Assembly (NCBI GenBank): GCA_963667015.2
Contig: CAXXJJ010000001.1
Span: 928,001-992,000 of the forward strand
Length of the DNA stretch: 64,000 nt
From: Desulfatiglandales bacterium
GTDB lineage: Bacteria > Desulfobacterota > DSM-4660 > Desulfatiglandales > HGW-15
Direction: 5' to 3'
Every line of letters begins with the position of its first letter. Position 1 is the first letter of the stretch. The notes below the pieces were generated by a model, which saw nothing but the letters and a program-made list of their open reading frames with translations, made no database searches and was not told the DNA's origin. A program made the translations under genes and the position numbers. Positions 57,181-64,000 of this stretch are shown piece after piece.

Positions 57181-58353
57181 ATGAAAATACTAAGTGTTCT
57201 TGTCCTGTGCGGTGAAGAAAATCCGGCTTTACCTGTTCTGAAGTCGCTAGGACAATATGGGGTTAAACTGACCGTAGCATCCCACATTAAATATGCCCCG
57301 GGGCTTTTTTCACGTTATACAGCTAGGAGGTTATTAAGTCCTGATCCATGGAGATCAGAGAATCAATATATTGAATGGGTTGTTAGAACCGTTAGTGATG
57401 ACCATTATGATATGATAATTCCTTTGGGAGAAAAGGCATCACTGTGGGTTGCAAAAAATAAAAAGAGAGTCTCTAAGTATACTGAAGTTCCATTTCCAGC
57501 CCCAGAAATCTATATGACTGCCAGGGATAAAGGTCTCACAATGAAGGCTGCTTCTTCATTAAATATTCCGATACCTAAAACCTATTTTCCAGAAGAAGAA
57601 CCATTATCGGATATTTGTAATCGAATACTCTATCCCACTGTCCTAAAACCAAGAATAAGTTATGGGGCCAGAGGTATTTATTTCCCCAATAATCCTGAAG
57701 AATTATATCATTACTATTCAATGGCAACTGAGAAATACGGCCCTTGTATTATTCAGGAGTATATACCTCAAACCGGAATGCAATATAAAGCCGAGGCAGT
57801 GCTGGATTCCAAATGTAAAGTCATAGCTGTTGGTGTTTATGATAAGCCAAGATACTATCCTGTCTCTGGCGGCTCAAGTACATTAAATAGAACTGTATAC
57901 AGGCCAGATATATGTGAAGTGGCAAAGGACTTACTTGAAGGGATAAACTGGTATGGTATGGGTGATTGTGATTTTATTGAAGACCCCAGAGATGGATCAA
58001 TCAAGCTGATGGAAATAAATCCGCGTTTTACTCGCAGTATCCGGATTTTAGTGGAAGCTGGATTAGACTTCCCTGCTTTACTTCTAAAGGCTGCTTTAAA
58101 TGAAAAAATGGATATTATTAATGAGTATAAAATTGGACTAAATATGAGGTATTTACTCCCGGATTTGATGTGGTTTATAAAATCTGCGGATAGGTATAGA
58201 TATTTTCCCGGGTTTTTTAATTTTTTTGACAGATCTACAATTTTTGAGATGCTTTCCTTCCATGATATAAAACCCAGCCTTTTTTATCTCTTATCTCAAT
58301 TGTTAAAATTGGTTGACAGCGGTAGTAGAAACAGACTTTTAAGTAGATCTTAA
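57181..58353 (+). CDS. ATP-grasp (carboxylate-amine ligase-like) protein
   Basis: IPIPKT, YPTVLKP, IIQEYIP and MEINPRF motifs. Confidence 0.85.
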   Translation: MKILSVLVLCGEENPALPVLKSLGQYGVKLTVASHIKYAPGLFSRYTARRLLSPDPWRSENQYIEWVVRTVSDDHYDMIIPLGEKASLWVAKNKKRVSKYTEVPFPAPEIYMTARDKGLTMKAASSLNIPIPKTYFPEEEPLSDICNRILYPTVLKPRISYGARGIYFPNNPEELYHYYSMATEKYGPCIIQEYIPQTGMQYKAEAVLDSKCKVIAVGVYDKPRYYPVSGGSSTLNRTVYRPDICEVAKDLLEGINWYGMGDCDFIEDPRDGSIKLMEINPRFTRSIRILVEAGLDFPALLLKAALNEKMDIINEYKIGLNMRYLLPDLMWFIKSADRYRYFPGFFNFFDRSTIFEMLSFHDIKPSLFYLLSQLLKLVDSGSRNRLLSRS

Positions 58354-58379
58354 TTTAATTATGAGGTTTTACCTTTAAA

Positions 58380-59627
58380 ATGAATTGGTTAGCTCCAGTT
58401 TATATATATGAGTCAAATTTGATTGTGGAATTTTTACTCCCATTATTCCTTTTTATTTCTATTCGAAAACCCATTTATTTTTCATCTTTAATTGCCGCTA
58501 TAGCTTTTTTAAGGCCTAATGAACGATTTGATTTATTTGTTCCATACTCATACTATATATTTGTTCTTAGTTTCTTGGTGTTAATATTTAATATAAAAGA
58601 GGTACGTAATTACAAGATTGAATGGGATGATAAGATAATAATATTATTTGTTTTATGGATAATTCTTGAAACAATAGCTTTTCATCCGTCGAATTTTAAT
58701 CACAATGCTACCTATTGTCTCATGAATATCTTCAAGTACTTTATTCTTTGTGTTTTCTTATCAAATAAAAAAGGTGTAATTATTTTATGCTACTTTTTAG
58801 CTATAAGTTGTTTCCTCATTTGCTTTGAAGCCTATTTTTATCATTTTACAGAGCCTGAAAATAGTCCATTATGGCAAATTTTTCACGGTGTCACAGGGCG
58901 TATCAGGGCCTGGGGCCTATGGGGGAATGCTAATGAGACCTCTTTTATAGCCTGTATCGGCGTCGCGAGTCTGCTATTGCTCCTGTTAATGGCTGATAAA
59001 AAGGGCCTTCCTGTATTGATGTCGATATTTTTTATTCCTGTCCACGCAATCGTAGTTTTTTTAACAGCTTCCAGAACAGGTCTTGGTTGCTTTATTATCC
59101 TGTTTCTGTTCCTTGGGTTACGGGTCAAATCTAAAGCTGTGAAGGTATTTGCAGTGGTCATTATGATCGGCATCATCATTGTAGCACCAAAGCTTACGCC
59201 AGAAAGAGAAGATAAAGATGCTTCTTCAAGAGAGAGGGCCTCATTGAGAAGTGATGCTATATATCTATTCAAGATGAATCCTCTTTTTGGAGTTGGTTTT
59301 TTAAGAGCGCAAAATGAGACGGGAGGTATGGCTATACACAACACCTATTTACAGGCATTTGCAGAAACAGGTATTGTTGGTGGTGGTCTGCTAATGTTTT
59401 ATTTGTTTTCATTTTTTAAGAAATTTTATAAGTTATTCAAACTTAAAACAAATGATAAAGGAATAAGCAATATAAACGGTGCACTCACTGGTATTTTTAT
59501 ATGTGGATTACTCTATTTTTTATTTGGTAATCAACTGTTAAGCACTATGTTTATAACCTTTTTTGCATTGATTAAAACGACATTGCACCATTTATTAAAT
59601 GCCTCAGTTACTGAAGAAATGGTTTGA
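58380..59627 (+). CDS. O-antigen ligase/polymerase (Wzy/WaaL-like)
   Basis: Many TMs; NANE, TASRTG, NPLFGVG and HNTYLQAFAETGIVG motifs. Confidence 0.85.
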   Translation: MNWLAPVYIYESNLIVEFLLPLFLFISIRKPIYFSSLIAAIAFLRPNERFDLFVPYSYYIFVLSFLVLIFNIKEVRNYKIEWDDKIIILFVLWIILETIAFHPSNFNHNATYCLMNIFKYFILCVFLSNKKGVIILCYFLAISCFLICFEAYFYHFTEPENSPLWQIFHGVTGRIRAWGLWGNANETSFIACIGVASLLLLLLMADKKGLPVLMSIFFIPVHAIVVFLTASRTGLGCFIILFLFLGLRVKSKAVKVFAVVIMIGIIIVAPKLTPEREDKDASSRERASLRSDAIYLFKMNPLFGVGFLRAQNETGGMAIHNTYLQAFAETGIVGGGLLMFYLFSFFKKFYKLFKLKTNDKGISNINGALTGIFICGLLYFLFGNQLLSTMFITFFALIKTTLHHLLNASVTEEMV

Positions 59628-59645
59628 TGATCTCATAGAAAGATA

Positions 59646-61115
59646 ATGATAATGAGCAAAATAGCAAAAGATAGCTTTACTCTAATATTCGGACGGGGAA
59701 TAGGTTTTTTAATTTCAGTGATTACACCAATTATTCTCGTCAGAGCATTTACCGTGCCTGAATATGGCGAATACAGGCAGATAATGCTTATCATAACTAC
59801 TGTTGCAGCGATATTACCTTTAGGCATGATAAACAGTTTATACTACTTTTTCCCACATTTTCCGGATGAAAAGCAAGTATACTTGTCAAGGACTGTTTTA
59901 TTACTTTTTTTTAATGGCCTTGTTTTTTCGATTTTTATGTTATTTATGGGTGACAGCCTTGCTATGTTTTTTAAAAATCGTGCCTTTATCCATTATGATA
60001 TGTATATTGGAATTGCCACATTTTTATTCGCACTTTCCATGGCCATTGAAACTATTCTAATTATTGATGATGATGTGAAATTGTCATCAATAATACTTGT
60101 TATCACAAGGGCTATCAGGGCTCTCACAGTAATAGTGTGCGCATTCCTAGGAGGGCCATTGATTATACTTTATGGGCTTATCTTTTTTTTTGGTGGCAAA
60201 GCGATTTTTTCTTTAATTTATTTTTATAAGAAATACAGAATTTCAATAAAAAGTCTGGATATAAAAAATTCAGATTCTCATATCAGATATGCAGTTCCTC
60301 TAGGTTTCAGTGGACTTTTTATCCTCCTATCGGAAGTTTCAGATAAATTCATTGTTTCAAATATGTTGGGTAAAGAGATTTTTGCTGTTTATGCTGTAGG
60401 CTGTTATGAGTTGCCATTTATCGCAATAATATTTGGTTCAATAGGGGATGTTGTTTTACCTAAGATCGTAGAGTTAAAAAGACTGAACGATATGGATGGT
60501 GTTATTAGACTTTGGCATAGTGCAATTAAAAAATCTATGTTGATAGGTATACCTGTGTACATTTTTTTTCTTACTTTCGCAGATATATTTATAACAACAG
60601 TTTTTACTTCGAAATATTCTGATGCCGTAATTCTATTCCGCATATCTATCAGTATCATTATACTTGAATCGTTGCGGTATGGCATGATCACAAGGGGATA
60701 CGCAAGAACAAAATTTATGTTTATTGTTACCGCAATTGGTTACATCATTATGTTGCCGGCATGTATTCTGGGTACTTATTATTATCAAATGATCGGAGCA
60801 ATTACATCCGTTATTATTACAAGAGTACTTGTTGTGTTGTCTGAGATCACTTATTCAAAATACATATTATCGTGTACATTTCGCGGACTCCTTCCATATA
60901 AATACACCGTTATTATCCTGTTGCTATCAGTTATTTCAGCGATTATTACCTTTATTATTTCATTAGGTTTCATCGGAATTAATAACTGGATTAGACTATT
61001 CACCGTCCTTATTATTTTTATTTCAGTCTATTCTGGGATTACTTTATATTTTAAATTCTGGAAAATATATGATTTGCCTTTTATTATGAAATTTAAAAAA
61101 ATATTAAGGGGCTAG
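59646..61115 (+). CDS. Polysaccharide flippase (Wzx)
   Basis: Polytopic membrane protein; PIILVR..EYG, DKFIVS..G...A.Y motifs. Confidence 0.85.
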   Translation: MIMSKIAKDSFTLIFGRGIGFLISVITPIILVRAFTVPEYGEYRQIMLIITTVAAILPLGMINSLYYFFPHFPDEKQVYLSRTVLLLFFNGLVFSIFMLFMGDSLAMFFKNRAFIHYDMYIGIATFLFALSMAIETILIIDDDVKLSSIILVITRAIRALTVIVCAFLGGPLIILYGLIFFFGGKAIFSLIYFYKKYRISIKSLDIKNSDSHIRYAVPLGFSGLFILLSEVSDKFIVSNMLGKEIFAVYAVGCYELPFIAIIFGSIGDVVLPKIVELKRLNDMDGVIRLWHSAIKKSMLIGIPVYIFFLTFADIFITTVFTSKYSDAVILFRISISIIILESLRYGMITRGYARTKFMFIVTAIGYIIMLPACILGTYYYQMIGAITSVIITRVLVVLSEITYSKYILSCTFRGLLPYKYTVIILLLSVISAIITFIISLGFIGINNWIRLFTVLIIFISVYSGITLYFKFWKIYDLPFIMKFKKILRG

Positions 61116-61175
61116 ACTGGGATCCATATCAATTATTAATAACCTTACTATGATATTAGGAATTAATTAAAAAAT

Positions 61176-62375
61176 ATGAAGATACTATATCACCATCGAA
61201 CACAAAGAAAGTTGGTTGAAGGTGTACATATTTCAGGTGTAATAAATGGATTGTTAAAATTAGGTCACAGCGTTTTTGAACTCTCATTAGTAAAAGATAG
61301 CAATGCTGGAAAAGAGGCCGAGAAAAATAATGATGACAAAAAAGTCAGTTTTATTTCTGGAATATTTCAAAAATTTGCGAAGAATGCCCCTAATATATTA
61401 TTCAGGATTGCTGAAATAGGCTATAATTTTATAGCAATAATAAAATTTTTTAAAATAATTCTTAAGGAAAAACCGGACATCATCTATGAAAGGTATGCAT
61501 ATTTTAATTTTTCCGGAGTCTTAGTTTCCAAAGTCCTAAATGTGCCACTTATCCTAGAGGTCAATATTGTATCAGAGATGCAGGATACGAGGGCGATGGC
61601 TCTTTCATGGATGGCTTTAATTATTGAGAAATGGGTATTGAGTTCAGCATCTGCTATCACGGTAGTTTCAGATTATTTAAAAGATATTCTTTTAAATGAA
61701 GGTATAACCCGGCCTATTTTTGTTCAACCGAATGCCTTTTCCATTGATCTTGCTGTTGAAGAAATAACACCTGCCAATATTCAAAAGGAAACATATGATT
61801 TTGTAAATCATAAGAATGAAAATAATATTGTTATTGGTTTTATCGGTGGACTGGGCAAATGGTATAAACTGGATAGTCTTATTAAGGTTTTTAATTCTTT
61901 ATCCTCTGAATTACCAGAATTACGCCTGATATTTATCGGTGACGGAATACTCAAAAGGGACTTAGAAGCCATGGTTGCTCATTATTCCTTAATTGATAAA
62001 GTACACTTTTGCGGTAGATTGGCAAGGCCACAAGCTTTGGCATTGTTAAAAATATGTGATATTGGAGTGATCCCGTCTACTAATTTATGGGGTTCTCCCA
62101 TGAAATTATTTGAATACATGGGTATGGGCTTACCTGTAGTTGCCCCTGATATTAAAGTAATTACATCAATAATGAAGGATGGTATTCATGGGCGAAATTT
62201 TAAATATGATGACTTTAATGATCTTAAAGCGATGCTTAAAAGTTTGATTATAGATCATGATTTAAGAGTTAAGATGGGCCGACAGGCGAGAAATCATATA
62301 CTGTTGAATCATACCTGGGATAATGTTGCTAAAAATGTTGAATCAATTGCATTTAATCTTTTAGAAAGTAGTTGA
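61176..62375 (+). CDS. Glycosyltransferase family 4
   Basis: IYERY, GFIG.L..W, SPMKLFEYM..G.PVV motifs. Confidence 0.9.
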   Translation: MKILYHHRTQRKLVEGVHISGVINGLLKLGHSVFELSLVKDSNAGKEAEKNNDDKKVSFISGIFQKFAKNAPNILFRIAEIGYNFIAIIKFFKIILKEKPDIIYERYAYFNFSGVLVSKVLNVPLILEVNIVSEMQDTRAMALSWMALIIEKWVLSSASAITVVSDYLKDILLNEGITRPIFVQPNAFSIDLAVEEITPANIQKETYDFVNHKNENNIVIGFIGGLGKWYKLDSLIKVFNSLSSELPELRLIFIGDGILKRDLEAMVAHYSLIDKVHFCGRLARPQALALLKICDIGVIPSTNLWGSPMKLFEYMGMGLPVVAPDIKVITSIMKDGIHGRNFKYDDFNDLKAMLKSLIIDHDLRVKMGRQARNHILLNHTWDNVAKNVESIAFNLLESS

Positions 62376-62384
62376 GACTTAATT

Positions 62385-63464
62385 ATGGGGAAAAAAAATT
62401 TATCAATCTGGCTGCCTCATTATCTGAAACAAAATTTGCTTTCATGTATCAGACATCGTGTTACTGGGCTAAAGCACATCTTATTTTTATTCGTCGATCA
62501 CTTTGAGCTTGCGGGGAAATCACCAAGATTATCAGAATGGTTAGTCAATTATCCTAAGATTGCCCTAAAACATCAAGATGCTGAGGGGCAATCTCCAAAA
62601 CATACCTGGTTTTATGCGTTAGATCTTCTTCGGGAACCAGAACTTGAGCAGATGCAGGTTTTTATTCAGCAAAACCTTGGAGAAGTGGAATTGCATTGGC
62701 ATCATGCTAATGAATCATCGGAGACCTTTCAGGAAAAATTAGAATATGGATTACCTATTTATCAGAAGTATGGGTATATGCGTACTTCTCCTAATGATAC
62801 TAAAAATAAAGGTTGCTTTGGTTTTATTCATGGAAACTGGTCTCTTGATAATTCCTGTGGAGATGAATTTTGCGGCGTGAATAATGAGATTGAACTTCTA
62901 ATTAAAGCGGGTTGTTATGGTGATTTTACATTCCCTGCCCTGTATTCTCCTGCTCAGCCATCTATCATTAATTCAATATATTATGCAATAGATGATGGGA
63001 AACCCAAAAGTTACAATAAAGGCAGAATTTCACGGGTTGGAGTTGGTGAAAAAGAAAATGAACTTATGATATTTGAAGGACCATTAACAATAAACTGGAA
63101 GGATTGGAGATTCAAATGGCATCCGATGTTTGAGAATGGAGATATCGGAAGCAGTCTATCTCATAATGACCCCAAAAGAATAGATGCTTGGATTAGAAAT
63201 GGAGCTTTTGTAAAAGGCCGACCTGATTGGGTTTTTGTGAAAGTGTTTTGTCATGGCGGTCAGGACTATGCATCTGTACTCAGCAATACTACTGATGAAA
63301 TGTTCTCATATCTTGAGAAAAAATATAATGATGGTCATAATTATCAACTGCACTATATTACCTCGAGGGAAGCGTATAATATTGTGAAAGCTGCAGAAGA
63401 TGGGCACTCGGGTAATCCAAATGATTTTCGAAATTATAAAATTCCCTTTCCTGAAATTGATTAA
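62385..63464 (+). CDS. Hypothetical protein of the EPS locus (possible metal-dependent hydrolase fold)
   Basis: VDHFE, ELHWHH, FIHGNWSLDN, GCYGDFTFP and FVKVFCHG motifs; no family confidently assigned. Confidence 0.55.
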   Translation: MGKKNLSIWLPHYLKQNLLSCIRHRVTGLKHILFLFVDHFELAGKSPRLSEWLVNYPKIALKHQDAEGQSPKHTWFYALDLLREPELEQMQVFIQQNLGEVELHWHHANESSETFQEKLEYGLPIYQKYGYMRTSPNDTKNKGCFGFIHGNWSLDNSCGDEFCGVNNEIELLIKAGCYGDFTFPALYSPAQPSIINSIYYAIDDGKPKSYNKGRISRVGVGEKENELMIFEGPLTINWKDWRFKWHPMFENGDIGSSLSHNDPKRIDAWIRNGAFVKGRPDWVFVKVFCHGGQDYASVLSNTTDEMFSYLEKKYNDGHNYQLHYITSREAYNIVKAAEDGHSGNPNDFRNYKIPFPEID

Positions 63465-63678
63465 AATGTTTGAATATATTTTTATACAAACTCGCGTTGC
63501 TATGATGGGATCAGGTTATAGAAAATTTGTCTCGTCAAACCGTTCTTACCTTTATTGTGATCAAAATAAATAAAATCAAAAGCAGTCTGGTGAACTCGGA
63601 TATTAATTCGCCGGTTGTCTTAAAATATTGCACCCTTAATATTAGATTTATATAGTTCAATTAGTATAGAGAGGTTTT

Positions 63679-64000
63679 ATGAATAAAAAAATCCATATTA
63701 TGCATTTAGTACTATCTCTTGAAGTTGGGGGATTGGAGAATGGGATAGTTAACCTGATAAATAATATGGATAATAAAAGGTTTAAAGTCTCAGTTTGCTG
63801 TCTTGAAAAAATTGGTGAATTATCGGACCGGATAGATGAAAATAGAAAACATATTTTTATTGTACAAAAAGATGGGAGGATGAGAATAAAAGATGTGAGG
63901 GGACTTGCTAGGCTCTTAAAAGAGCAGCAGGTTGATATTCTCCATACTCATAGCTATGGAACTCTCCTGAGAGGATTTATAAGTGCTAGATTGGCTGGAG
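63679..64000 (+). CDS. Glycosyltransferase family 4 N-terminus, truncated by the window edge
   Basis: GAGG RBS; MNKKIHIMHLVLSLEVGGLENGIVNL...DILHTH. Confidence 0.85.
   Translation, partial: MNKKIHIMHLVLSLEVGGLENGIVNLINNMDNKRFKVSVCCLEKIGELSDRIDENRKHIFIVQKDGRMRIKDVRGLARLLKEQQVDILHTHSYGTLLRGFISARLAG

Overview
Bacterial window, AT-rich. The gene set and intergenic repeats resemble a Desulfobacterota-type (deltaproteobacterial) genome; this is an inference. 1-15.5 kb is housekeeping: pheA-aroD-aroE-aroA, an mscS gene split by an IS630 element, LysE, System II cytochrome c biogenesis (ccsA/resC carrying an inserted DUF805-like domain, plus resB), serS, glmS, plsC, an M20 peptidase and a serine hydrolase. 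From 15.7 kb to the end lies a large PEP-CTERM/exosortase exopolysaccharide locus: TPR lipoprotein, FHA-GAF-PAS hybrid kinase, two sigma-54 activators, PEP-CTERM protein, Wza/Wzc-like export genes, exosortase/EpsI, ACP, acyl-CoA ligase and hydrolase tailoring genes, Wzy, Wzx and glycosyltransferases. The most striking feature is non-coding. Nearly every intergenic gap from 23.6 to 49.1 kb holds stacked and nested palindromic elements from several families that share one grammar: three iterated 8-10 nt motifs at each end in inverted orientation, with internal hairpins showing compensatory changes. Two GxxExxY (PD-(D/E)XK-type) genes are each tightly bracketed by their own repeat family. A four-helix-bundle gene, a nucleotidyltransferase pair and a vapBC pair sit in similar repeat-bounded cassettes. 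This suggests a REPIN/RAYT-like repeat-plus-small-nuclease system colonising EPS operons; the mechanism is inferred, not shown. All alignments and identities were judged by eye.
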